A stretch of 62,915 bases of DNA, counting the filler, from Basidioascus undulatus (taxonomy: Eukaryota), in assembly GCA_000826855.1 (NCBI GenBank). It is 6 parts of 6 records of this genome, joined end to end, with 100 filler letters (N's around TTAATTAATTAA, not from the genome) between each part and the next. Parts side by side here need not be neighbours in the genome. Positions count along the whole stretch, not along the records: positions 35,478 to 62,915 come from JTLS01000164.1; 5 more parts are not named here. The stretch is one strand, 5' to 3'. Positions 40,185 to 52,800 of this stretch are shown here, piece after piece. The stretch's first letter is position 1; each line of letters starts with the position of its first letter. A program made the translations under genes and the position numbers. The notes beneath the pieces are model-generated. The model was given only the letters and a program-made list of their open reading frames with translations, was not told the origin of the DNA and did not search any database.

Positions 40185-41139
40185 TCCGAACGCGAGGCGG
40201 TGGGTTATTTAAACAGGAATCAGAACGTCAGGGGGTGTAACGAGAAAGTGCTATCGACCGGGGTGGATGGTGATGGTGGGTGGCAAGGTGCGTGTGGGCC
40301 CTTCCGCCGGATTCCTGGTGGCCGGTGACACAACCGCGTCCAGTGCTTCGTAGCAAATCTCTAAACGCTTGTCCGAAGCTGACGTCTGGAACCCTATCGA
40401 GAGCAAGCACTTCGGGGCCCGCACAACCAAGCTCGGATCCTTTAGCGATAAGACTTTTGCTTTTCCGTTTTGTGTGTCCGCAACAACCACGAACCAAGGT
40501 GTGCTATAAGAAGTAAAGTACTGGGTGTGCTCGCGGGGTATGTGGTCAGAAGCAAAAGAAAGTAGACGAGGCAAAGGAAAGAAAGCGTCGAATCCCCAGC
40601 GTAAAGGTTTGCAGCGCAGAAGAAAGGATCCGGGCTGAACGAACGAACGCCCGGCACGCAGAACCGCTGCAAGCCAAAGTAGCCGAAGCTGGGAAGGGGG
40701 GATAACTATGAGCCGGGGTGAATATGAAATGAATGAATGTAGAAGTAGAAGCAGCAGGCAGAGAATGACAAGACGAGGTGTGAAGTAGACAAAGCTGAGA
40801 AGGACTAAGGGATACGGAGAGGGGATAAGAGAATAGCAGCAGCAGAGCGAGAATGGGGGGACATGGACACGACCGCGCGCCGGAGGAGCGCGCGTACTAG
40901 AGGTGGGAAGTCGTAAGGGGAACGAGAAGTATGACGCGAGAAGGAGCCGGGCGATCGGAAAATCTGTCGTCGTGCCCGTCCGTGGTCAACGAGACGATCG
41001 AGAGGGCGACATGTTAATGAGGAAGTCGCGCACCGAAGATTACGTGGTCTAAGAAAGGGAAGAGTCAAGGCGACCGATAGAGAATCAAACATCCCGTCGA
41101 ACATCGAATGGTGCCCGAGGCGGCGCTACCGCGAGCCGC

Positions 41140-44108
41140 TCACTCCGTCTTGACCTCCGTCTCCGGCACAGAGGGGTACGGGTCCTCCGCGTAGATGTCG
41201 TCCTGCGCGCCAGACTCGCCCACCGCTGTGGGGGCGGCGGGGGCAGCAGCGGCAGCGCCGGACGTGGGGGCGGCGTTGGCGGGCGGGGACGCCATGCGCG
41301 AGCGACCGCCGCCCGTCACGGACCGCGGCGGGTTCCCGCACCGATCCTTGCCGAACGAGATCTTGAGGTTGGCAGCGACGTACTCGGGCGCGCCGCGCAT
41401 CGCGTCGATCGCCTTGATCGCGTTGCCGATGTTGGTAAAGTTGACGAACGTGCAGCCCTTCTCGCGGAGGGAGTTGACTGTAAAGCGAAGCCGGCCAACG
41501 CACGTCAGCACCTGCCTCCCTCTGAATCTCTACCACTGTGACGGCAAACACACCCTGCTCGACTTCGCCAAACTCCTCAAAGTCGCGGCGGAGACGCTCC
41601 TCAGAGAACTTGTCAAAGTCGGTGATAGAGCCGATGTAGACGTTGCGGGTCGCGCCGTTCTGGACGGCGAGCGCGATCTGCGGGCTGAGCGGGCCCGAGT
41701 GCTTGCCCCAGCCAACCTTGAGCCGGCGGTTGTGGATGGTAATGCCCTGGAACGTCGCGACCTGGTAGAACGTGAACGCGTTCGTCGCGTCGATGAAGGT
41801 CTGTCGAGCCGCCAACGAGCATCAGCATCACTTCGGCCAAGCGGGGAGACGAGGCACGTACGACAAACGCAATGTGCTTCTCCGGCAGGTAACGGATCGA
41901 GTGCAGGATGCCGCCGCGGATGGCGTTGCAAAGCTCCTCGACAGTCGTCTCCTCGCTCAAGTTCCCAAGGTCTGTCGGCCGCGCATCCTCCAGCGTCAGC
42001 TCCCGTACTTTCCCCTTCCGTTTTCTCCCTCTTCCCCTTCATCTCTCCTCCGCCCGCTCGCTTATCTTGCCCGCAACGTTAAAGGAGCAACTCACAGATC
42101 GTCCGGTTCCCAATCTGCTCCATCGGGATGCCCAGCATCGCCGCGCTCGCCTGGTTGCCGCCCGCGGCGCCGTACGCGTCGAACGCGCCCGCGGCGCCAG
42201 GCATGCCGCCGGGGAAGCCGCCCGCAGCGTTGAAGCTGCCGAAGAGGGACGCCGAGGGGAGGGGCGAGTACGGGTAGCCGGCGGCGCGCATGACCTGTGC
42301 GTTCTGGTTGTTGTTCGCGTTGTTCTGCTGGCTCTTGGGCACGTAGGCGCAGCGGTCCTTGCCCTGTTCCCCACATCGACCTCATCGCGTGTCAGTACAT
42401 GCCTACAGCAGATGAACCAAGACCCGAACAGCAGAGGGAACGGTGCGCGACGACGCACGTAGTTGACGCGCTTGCCCGCCCACGCAGGCTCGGTCGGGAG
42501 CTGGGAGACGACCTTCATGGCGGTGGAGATGCTGAGGTAGTGGACAAAAGCTATGTTCTTGTCGCGAACGATCTTGACCTGGTCAATAGGGCCGAAGCGG
42601 CTCAAGTCCGTCGCGAGCGTCTCCTCCGTCGTCGCCTCGTCGATGTTGCCCAAGTAGACGTTCCGGCTCGCGGCGCTCTGCTGCACGGCGAGCATGACCG
42701 AGCCGGGGACATTCGAGTGCTTGCCCCAGCCGATCTTGAGCTCCTGCCCCTGCAGCGTGATCTTGCGCGCCGTCGCGTCCGCGTGGAACTGCGCCGCGAT
42801 GGCCGGGTCAAGGAACGAGAGGAACGCGCACGACTTCTCGGGCAGGACGCGCACGCTCTCGAGCGGCCCGAACTTGACGAGGTTCAGGAGCTCGTCGACC
42901 GACGCGTCAGGCGGGAGGTTGCCGACGTAGACTGTGCGGCCCGGCTGAAGCGATCCGAGCGCCGCGGCGGGTGTCAGTCAACATGTGGGAGGGGGGAAGA
43001 GTTGGGAAGACGGCACTCGCGACGCACCCCGTTCTGACCCTGCGCGACAGTCCCGACACCGAGCCCCGCCTGCTGACCGAGACCGCCAAAGCCGCCCATG
43101 CCAGCGGCGCCGAGGCCGGTGAACGAGCCGAGCCCGTTCATCATGCCGAGATTCAGCATCGGGTTCATGAGGTTGAGCGCCGGCATCTGTGTCCCACAGC
43201 GCAGTTCCTTGTCAGTTCGCATTGCTGATGGGGCTATTGAGGGGTGGGCAACGCACGGTAGCCTGGGAGTTCAGCTGAGGCGACTGCTGCTGCTGCTGAG
43301 CGAGCATGCCCGACGAAGCGTTCGCCGACTGGTTGTTAAAGCCCTGTTGGACACCCATCTCGCCCAGTCAACCTACAACTAATCCCATCCGCACCACCCG
43401 TGAGGATCACCGACGCACCTGTCCAAACTGCCCGTATCCACCGTAGCCCATCATGCCCATTCCGTACTGCGAGCCGAGCCCGCCAAACGCGGCGTTGCTG
43501 CCCGCCGCGTAGTTATGCGCGGCGGCGGCAACCGCAGCGTTCGAGACGCCCGAGCCCTGCGACTGGCTCGCTGAGCGCTGCTGGCCGAACTGGCCGGCCT
43601 GCTGCTGGCCCGAGAGCTGGGCGGAAGAGGGGGAGGTCGCGGTGCCGGCGGCGGCGCCGGAGAAGCCGTACGCGTAAGGGTCAAAGTTGGAGGACTGCAG
43701 GGGAAGAGGGTCGGGGTATCATGAAAGGAGGTTGGAAGGGAAGGTGGCGGCGAGGGCTGCTAGGGAACGCACCTGGCCGGTCATCTTGTCGATGACTGCC
43801 TGCTGCGCAGCGGTGATACCGCCGTACGAGATGGCGCTGGGTGCAGCGCCGCCCGCGCCGGGAGACCAGCGTGGGCGCTTGTTGACGTCTGCGGCCTGTG
43901 CTTCAAGCTGACGCTGTACAACAGGAAGGAAGGTAGGACCCGAGCCGGAGAAATGTCAGAGTTCAGGCGGGCCGTCGACGGAGCAAGAAGACCGGGAAAG
44001 ATTAAACGGCGGCAGGGGGGAGCGACGGACCTTCATGTCGTCCAGATCGTACTGCGAGCCGGCGAGGTACGCGGCGTGTGCGGGGTCGGCCATGAGGGTC
44101 GCGTCCAT
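41140..44108 (-). CDS. MRN1: Four-RRM RNA-binding protein of the S. cerevisiae Mrn1 / S. pombe Nrd1 family
   Basis: [121 protein letters not shown]. Confidence 0.9.
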
Positions 44109-47100
44109 GTCGACGGTCGAGCGGAGTGTTGTTGGGAAGAATGAAGTAGTAGAGTGTAGGTAGGTATGTAGCAAAGGTCCGAAGAGAAGAATGCGGCCGC
44201 GGGGCGGAGGTGCGTGTGTGGGTGTGGGTGTGTATTAGGGGGGCACGCGTAGAAGACCGCCGGGTAAGAATGGAGGGTATAAATGGAGATATAGGCGGGC
44301 GGGAAAGAGAAAGCGGGTGGTACGCTCAGGACTTGAGGAGGAGCAGAGAGGGCGGCGGGGCGCAGGGAATGAAGGGAAGAAGGATAAGGGCGTACACAGG
44401 AACGAAGAAGGTGTCCTAAGCGCTGCGCAAGCGGGCAGAGGGGTGAAGGAGTGTGGGTCGCCGAGGCTCAAATGGAAATGAATGAAGAGGGAGAGGCAAA
44501 CCGCTGGACAAAAGCTGGCGGGGGGCGTAGGGCGGTGTCAGTGCGAGCTCGCTGGCGGGGGGAATATGAGGGGATGCGCTGTAAAGGTTGCACTAGAGAC
44601 CGGGCGCAGCGGTAGGCCGCCTTGACGTGAAATCAAGAAATCAAGAACGCCCACGGTCCCCGCGTCGTGCAAGAACTGCATCGACAGGCAGATAGCGCAA
44701 GGTCCCTCAGGGCCCTAGCGACGAGCGCGCACAATGCCAGCCAGCGCCGACCGACGGCAGCTACAGCTCCAGGCTGGTGGTCGACAACCACGCCCTAGCA
44801 CGGTCCTCAAAGACCACCGATATACTCCTCAGACTCTCCCATCCCAACAAGCCCAGCAACCCCCACCGCGCCCCATCTCATCACCCCTCCCGAGCCTGGT
44901 CGCGCGCTCATCCGCCCGCACCTTCTTCCGCCTACAGTCCCCGAGCGAAACCCGCGCGACTCACCGATCTGTGTTTCCCGCCAAAGATTATGCGCGCAAC
45001 GAAGTACAACTACGGTGTCAGCGGAAGGCAAGAGATGGGAAGAGCACCGGGCGGGGAAAGGAAGGGCGCGCACAGGAAGGGGACGTTAGGATACGGGCAA
45101 AGAGCGAAGGCCAGCGCCGGCGCACGCCCAAGGCCTGACGCGCGCTCGGACCGCTGTCGCACTCAAACAATTGCATGCCAAGTTGCAGTCTGCAGTTGTG
45201 CCCTGATGGAGACACAGCTGCAGTTCTTCCGCTTTCCCAGTCAAACAGATTAAGCAAAAGAAAGTTACCACATATCATAACGTATTTGCGCAAGCTCCTC
45301 GTGTGAGGCGGGCCAGCCATTCGCTCTTCCCCTTCACGGTGTTGCGGTCTACTCCCGCTTCTGGGCGGAAGACCGAGCGGTAGCCGCCCATCTGACACAC
45401 CCGAACGACTCCGAGTCTTCACCAATTGACCAGGGAGACAAGGAAGACGGCTCGAACGTGGATCCATGCCCAGGAATAGGAGGTTTAGTTCGTGCGGATG
45501 ACCGGACGCTGCGAAAGTTCCCTTGCCATCACTACAGCTTTTCTCGGCCCTCTTGTTAGCATCTCCTTGCAATATCTGGCATCCGACGGGTTTTCCTGGC
45601 ATGTTTGAATTATTGAGTGAGTGAGCAGTCAGTCCCCAACTCCACGTCGCTCTTCTCAGTCATTTACAGCACGGAAATTGGACCTCCTCACTTGCCGACC
45701 CCGGGGTTCGCTTCTCAGCAATACGCCTCTGTGAACTTATCCACGGTCCCAATCTCATGGTACAGACCCACTCAAGAAATGCATTCCTCTGTCTATGGGC
45801 AGCTCGTGGGACAGTGTGCTCGGTGCTGTACGGCAAGCACTCCCTTGAAGCCTGTGGCTGTCGAAGCTGGGCTGGCCCGAAGCCGTGGGCGTCCTTCTCT
45901 ATAGATTATATACATCTACAAGAAAAAAGTAACCGCTCTAATCCACGTATTAGGTAACCCCCGCCTTACTTCAACAATTCTACCGCTGCGGTCCTGCCCG
46001 GACATGTGGATCGGGGCACGCGAGTAGTCGATGGTGAAGTGAGCGGGGATGTAGCGGAGAGGGTGTGGCTTCTGTAGGTGGCGAAAGGGCATCACGAGAG
46101 GTACCCAGCACGGTATACCTCACGACACGCGTTCCTCCATGGCATCTAGTCATTGCCGCCACCCTGCTCCGCTACATCCCCAGCCACATCGCAATCGACT
46201 AGTTGCGCGCTGCGAGCCCATGTCCGGGAAAGTGCTCCCTCCGAGCAGTTTTTCCGAGGACTATTGAGGACGGAATGAAGGGGCGAGGGAAGGGTTGGGG
46301 ACAAGGGATGAGCTCACCTGCCCATCCCTGTCCAGGCCTGCAGCTTTCTTTGAGCATCTGCCAGTGTCCTTAACCGCCGGTAGTGAAACCCATTCTCTTC
46401 GACTGACTGGATCTGCTGTGATTTACCGACTGAACATGCTTCTCCCGACCCGACCCTGCCCTCAGCTGCAGGCTCTCTCCTCTCAATCATATATCCTCGA
46501 TTGATACTTGACCCGCTCGGCAGCATATGGCAAACCAACTTTCTTAAAAGATCAAGCTCTCCTTTTTGGAAGTTCTTCAGAAGTCCAGCTGCCAACCATA
46601 TTAGCAAGGAGCACAACCTGCCCAGTTGCAGCTTGCCAGCTGGCGCAGCTGCTTATGACACTGCTCAGTGAGTGTGGTACTGCGGCCGAACTGAGGCGTA
46701 GCCAGGCTGATGAGATTTCCTTAAATACTGCATTTCAAACCTCACATAGAGTACGGGTGTAAGAGGACGCCCAGGCGGGGAGTGAGCAACCTACCCGACT
46801 TCATGCATGCTCCGACTGAGAGAGGGCATCCTTGACAGCAGACAAAAGAGTCGATGGTACCATTGGCAGCACGAGCAGAATTAACGGAAGTATCCAGCCT
46901 TTACTACCCCCTTCTCGCAAGCGACATGCGACCCCGCTCACCCCGCCCTTCAGGTCCTCACGACCAACACCTACGCGTCTATTTTCTCCGCCATCCACTC
47001 CGCATGGCTGTACATCGCCGCATTCTTCGGCGAGCGCTTGGCGGAGTGCATCTTGAAGCAAGAAGACCGCCTTTCGAATGATTTGAACGCACTCGACCGC

Positions 47101-48698
47101 CAGAAAGTAGACGAATCGAATATGCATGATCGATACTCTCTCTACCCCTCTCCTCTCCCGGGCTCTCAAAGATCCACGAAGCGAAAAGAGACTCGCCGCG
47201 CCCAGTTCAAGACTCTCTGCCGGGCTACCGTTCGCCCGCACCGCCGCATCCCACCTACCGACCACCCTAACGACGCCACCGCCGCCTTTCGACCCTCACA
47301 GCCGAGATATTAGCGGACGAGATACGAATGAGGAAGGTGACGGTCAGAAAGTGAAGGGTTATCCTGGAATGGGATTGATCGATGATGGATGGTGGAGGAG
47401 GACAAGGAGCGAAGCTGACTGTGTCGATCTTTGGATGCGAGGCCGGGTGGCGCAGTTGCGACTTGATAGAGGCTTCAACTCTTATTAGCAGGGATATTTG
47501 GATCTGATCAACGTATGATAATGCCTTAGACATGCACAGAGTGCTGTCCAAGTCCAGAGGTGCGTAGAACTGCGTGGAAGTACAAAACGAGAAACACCTT
47601 TCTAAATCTTTGGTCGTCCTCGGTTTGGCTGCTCGCGCTGGATGGGGTGTGGCAGTGAGAAAAGGAAACCTGATATAAGGATTGAGTTTATTCTACTGCA
47701 TTTTTTACTGCACAACTAGGTCGATACCGCGCTGAATGACAAGAAAACGATGTATGAATCCACTTGTGTAAGGAATGGCGAGCGGGTCTCGTGACGGTCT
47801 AAAGAGCTGCCTTTGATATGGATGGACTTGGAGGAATAATAGAATCAGGCCGATTAATCAGCTCTGACTCGTGGGTTGAAGACTGGGGAAAGACAAGTGG
47901 GTTATGACGGGTGGGAGGTCAGCAGCTTTCGGAGTGTCGCTGGATTTCCAATCTATGACTCAAGGGTGAACACGAAATTTAGGGTGCTTCAGATACTTGA
48001 CGCTGTTGAACAGGTAACTATTGTGCTGTGCTGTTAAGAGAACAGCGTATGCCGCGGGGACGGCAAACGGGACTCACACGCAATGCGCCGGCGCAACGGT
48101 TCTTGCACAGTTGACCACCCACCGTGATCGCCACCAGTTTACTCCTCAGTCTGATCCGCCGCCTCATTTACCGCACCCTGCCGAGCCGCCGCCCCCCTCC
48201 CGCAGAATCAGCGAGCTTTTTCCATGTTGGTGGATTGGTGGATCGACTTCGACATTGCTGTCGAAGCTGCTGGTGTCTGCTGAGCAAGATGGGGACTACG
48301 CGGGTTCTTCTAAATCCATCCCCTTCGCGAGCACGGATCTGCGCATTGCGGATGTCCAGCCAAGCCATCCTGACTGGGGCTTGGGGGAACAAGAGAGTGG
48401 GACGGATAAAGGCACACAGCAAAGATGATGTTCGAAAAGAGCCCGAGCAAGCGGTTGGTCGACCGCAATGAATGGGCGAGCAGGGGCTGGTCGGTGTGTT
48501 GCGAAAGAGCGAGAGGGAGACGGGCGAGGATGCCACCGGCGGGCGATCATCGATGAGAAGGTCAACCCTTGAGGACGAATTAGGATGGAATAAGACGCAT
48601 GGGCAGGGCTCGCACGGCGAGACCAACGCACGCTGCCCTCGAGCACGCGCGAGCCAGCCGATAAAAGTCAGGGTATCAGATGTCCATGTTCTAGATCT

Positions 48699-49671
48699 CT
48701 AGTATATCTGGAGGCGAGGACGAGGACGTCGTCATGGGGCACGTCGGGAGAAAAGAGCAGGACCGTGTGTGTGCGCACCTCATCGAACGGTCGGGTATCT
48801 GCAAAGCAGCTCTCCCAAACCTGCCCAACGACCTTCTCTGCCTCCGCCTCATTCGGACATGCCGGGTTGGCCATGACCGACAGGATCGCTCTTCGCCTCA
48901 CGCAAGCCTGCCCGACCCGACCGACCGCTTCCCGTCAGCCTCCGTTCCCTTCCTCCGACACGCTCCCCCCCTCCACCCCGGCGCTTCCGCAACGCACTTG
49001 ATGCTGCTTGGCGAAGCCCCACACGCCCCTGCGGATCTCGCGCGAGAAGCGACAGTCGCCGCTGAGGCTGGCGGCGCGGATCTCGGAGCACGCGTGGTGG
49101 CGGAGGTTGGCCCAGTCGACATCGAACGTGCAGTGGTCGTAGAGGTGGACGAGCTCGTGCGCGAGCGTGTCCTCCATGTGCCGTTTGGAGAAGAAGCGGT
49201 TCTGGCAGAGGAGGATGCCGTTCGCGGGCGAGAAGCCGCCGGAGCGCGTCGCGTCGCAGGGCATGCAGTGGATCGAGGCGGACGTGGTTGGACAGCCGGA
49301 GCGCTTCAGGTGTTGCAGCATGAAGGCTATTGAGGGGCCTGTAAAGTAACACGGGTCAATACCAGTCGCTGCCACAACTTGGAAGGGAGGAGGTCAAGCA
49401 AAGCAATACATCGAAAGATACGCCAACAACCACCCCATGCTCGTGCGCTTTCCTTCCTAGACCATGATCATTACTCACTCTGCGCCATCAAGCTCTGCTT
49501 CCAGTTCTCGCATCGCTTCCAGTCGGCCTCCTCCTCCCTAAGCGCCTTCTCCTTGTCCGTGAGGCCGAGGCCGGTGAGCTGCGCCGCGGCCTGCCGCCAG
49601 CGCTCGAACGCCTTGGTGTCGGTCGCCTCGGTCGGATCGGTCGAGGAGGATGAGGGAGTTGCAGACGCCAT
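48699..49671 (-). CDS. ATP23: Mitochondrial inner membrane metalloprotease Atp23
   Basis: GGFSP..GILLCQN...[14 protein letters not shown] (HEXXH)...[19 protein letters not shown]...[15 protein letters not shown]...[16 protein letters not shown]. Confidence 0.97.
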
Positions 49672-49877
49672 GGACGAGTATGACGGTGAATTTAGGGAGA
49701 TGGATGGCGGAGTGAAAGGGGAAGACGCATTGAGTCTGGAACGAGTTAGAATGAAAACTTCTATCGCCGCTATTACGCTTGACTTGACGAGGTTGGTGAC
49801 TTCGCGCTTCGACTGCTTGCCTCACTGCCCGGTCTTTCGACCTTCGCTTTCAACTCCATAGAAGCTAGACGCCCACC

Positions 49878-52800
49878 ATTCCGTCGGCACTCGCCAAGCT
49901 CGTCAAGAAGGACGCGCTCAGCACAGGCGGAGCGTCGTCGTCCAAGCACAAAATGGCCCGCATCGGCGACTGGGCTGCCGCGAGCTCATCTGCGGCCTCG
50001 GCGGCGTCCGACGATGAGGAGGGAGGAGCAGGCGCGCTGAGCTGGGAGGAGTTTGTGGAGGATCTGCAAAGAGCGCTGATGGGCGGAGGGGTGAAGCGGG
50101 TTAGGGCGGCGCTGGAGGAGCTTGAGGAGAGGGTGCAGGGCGGAGGTGAGTTGGCGTCTTCTTGGCTTAGAGGAAGGATTGGAAGAATACATTGGAGAAT
50201 AATCCAAAACCAAATGCTGTACTCCAGCTAACAGAAGAAACTGACACCCCCCTTCACTTTGCAGACCTCCCCTCCGCCTCGCTCTCGGCGCTCCTGCCCC
50301 TCCTCCTGCCCCTCTACCCGCGCCCCTCCCTCGCTCACTCCTCCATCCGCCCGCACCTCCTCCACGCGCTCTCCACCCTCCTTACGACCGCCCCAGCCCT
50401 CCTCCCGCCGACGCTCGCCTGGCACGCCTCGGAGGTCGCCCGCCTCGGCACGCTCACCACGCCCGCCTCCTCGCGCTTCAGCCTCCTCGTCCAGACCTCG
50501 ACCGTCTGGGAGGTTTTCATGCGGTCCTCGGATGAGGGCAAGGCCGGCGCGGGGAAGGCCTGGGACAAGGGCGTCGACGCGCTCAAGGGCGCGCTCGACC
50601 TTCTCCTCGCCTCGGAGGACGCCCGCCCCTCCGTCCGCCAGGGAGGCGTCGTCCACGTCCGCCGCACGATCCGCACCAACCACAGCGCGATCCCGCACCT
50701 TCTCAACTCGCTCCTCTCTCCCGCGCACGCACAGCCCTCTACCGCCCCGCTCCTCGGCCTCGTCATCGACGTCGCGATCCGGCTGCGGGCGGGGTCCGAG
50801 CAGACCAAGGGCGCGCTGGGAGGTGTAGGCCGGACTTATGTCGCGGGGAAGAAGGACGAAATCCGCAAGTTCTGGATCACGGTGGTCCTAGGGAGCAAGA
50901 CTGCGCTACCTGCGCGCGTGACAGACACGCTGGGAGACTACGTGAAGGAGTATGTAGGCGAGGAGGAGCTCGCAAAGGAGATCCTCCCCGCGATGGAGAA
51001 GATGCTGCTGCGCTCTCCGGAGGTGGCTCTTCCTGGTAAGTCTCCCCAATACCTTCCTACACAGCCTTCCACTAAGACTCTACCCCCAGCCATCACCGCC
51101 TTCTTCTCCTCCTACGCGCCCTCGCCCCTCGCCTCCCTCCCGCGTCTCCTCCCGCCCCTCCTCTCCTCCTCCAAGTCCAGCAACGCCCTCACGCGGTCCT
51201 CCTCCGTCGCGCTCTTCCGCGTGCTCTCCGCGCGGCTCGACGCCTCCTCAGACCTCTCCAAGCCGACTGCGGACATCCTCGCCCTCCCCAAGCAGGGCAA
51301 GACGTCTTCGCCCGAGCACCGCGCGACGCTCTTCGTCTTCCTCTCTCTCCTCCCGCCGTCCCCGTCCGCCTCGCCCACCATCGCCGAGGCGCTCCCGCCC
51401 CTCCTCGCCAAGGAGCCCAACGACGCCGCGGCCCTCGCGCTCACGGACGCCCTCGTCCCACACCTCTCCTTCGCGCTCGCAACGCATGCGCTCAAGTCGA
51501 CCGCGTACGCACCGCTCGTCAGCGCGCTCGGATCGGCAAAGGTCAACGTCCGCCGCGCGACGGTCGCGGCCGTCGGCGAGGTCGTCTGGCGCCTCGGCGA
51601 GGCGGAGGACGGCAAGGCAGACGAGGAATTCGTCAAGGCGCTCCTGCCTGCCCTCGAGGGGAACCTCAAGACCGTCTCGACCAACGCGCTCAACGCCCCC
51701 GCCGGCCCGCTCGAGGGCTACGTCGCCGTCGCGGCGCTCAAGGGCCCGCTCGCGAAGTCGGACATCGTAGCAGTCGGTGGGTCTTCCTCCTTCCCGACGC
51801 ATTACTGTTTGGACCCCGCGCTGATACTGGGATGGCAGACACGTTCGTAGGCAAGAACCCCGTCCTCCAGGGCATCGCGACCGTCGGCGGCGCAAAGCCG
51901 AGCTTCCTCCTGCTCGACAAGGTCTACCGCAAGCTCACTGCGCCCGAGGACGAGATCTGGCTCCTCCGCGCGCTCGAGACGCTGGTGCTCGACCCCAAGC
52001 TCACGCTGAACGAGTCGCTCACGTGCGTTCTGCTCTTCTGTTCTTCTTTCTTCCCCTTTTCCTCCAAACTGACGGAACCCGATTTCAATTCTTCACAGCA
52101 CCGCCCTCGGCCTCGCCCTCCTCCACCTGTCCATCTCCTCCCCGAACCCGTCCACGCGGCGCACCGCTTTGTCCTCTATCCGGTCCCTCGCCGCGCTTGT
52201 ACCAACCCGCACGCCTTCCCTCATCCGCGAGGGCGTCCGCGCGATCCTGCAGGGCGAGTCTGCGCGCCCCGCGCGCGGCCTCGCCGTGCCGCTCATCGCG
52301 TCCGTCGCGTTCGGGGAGGACGTCGACGCGCAGACACGGGACGAGGCCGTCGCGAAGGCGTGCGTCGTCGCGCACCACCCAGGCGTCGACGGGAAGGACC
52401 GCACGACGTGGGTCGAGATGGCCCTTGGTGCGCGTGTCGATCTGGGTAAGCTGGTAGGTGAGCGAGCGGAGGAGCTGAAGGCGCAGGTGATAGAGGCGTG
52501 CGAGGTGCGTCCTGGCTTTCCTTTCTTTCTCGGCAATCTGATTTGACTGGTTGAGGGGTTGGGTTGTAGTCCACGACCTTCGCGCCTGCCGCGCCCCTCG
52601 CGCTCACGACGCTCGCGTTCGTCGCGCCCGCGTCGACGGTGCTCCTCGCCGTCGCGCAGATCTGGGACGACCTCGCGGCCGAGTCGCTTGACTTTGTGGA
52701 CGCGACCGCGATCGGCATCTCGCGTACGCCCGAGGGCACCGCGTTCGTTGACGTCCTCGCCGGCAAGGGCCAGGCGCAGGACAAGAACCGGAAGGACTAC

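Noticed and set aside
44700..48500. Short ORFs between MRN1 and ATP23 (e.g. 47038-47488)
   Set aside because: Possibly gene relics, but no coherent exon chain or motif could be built
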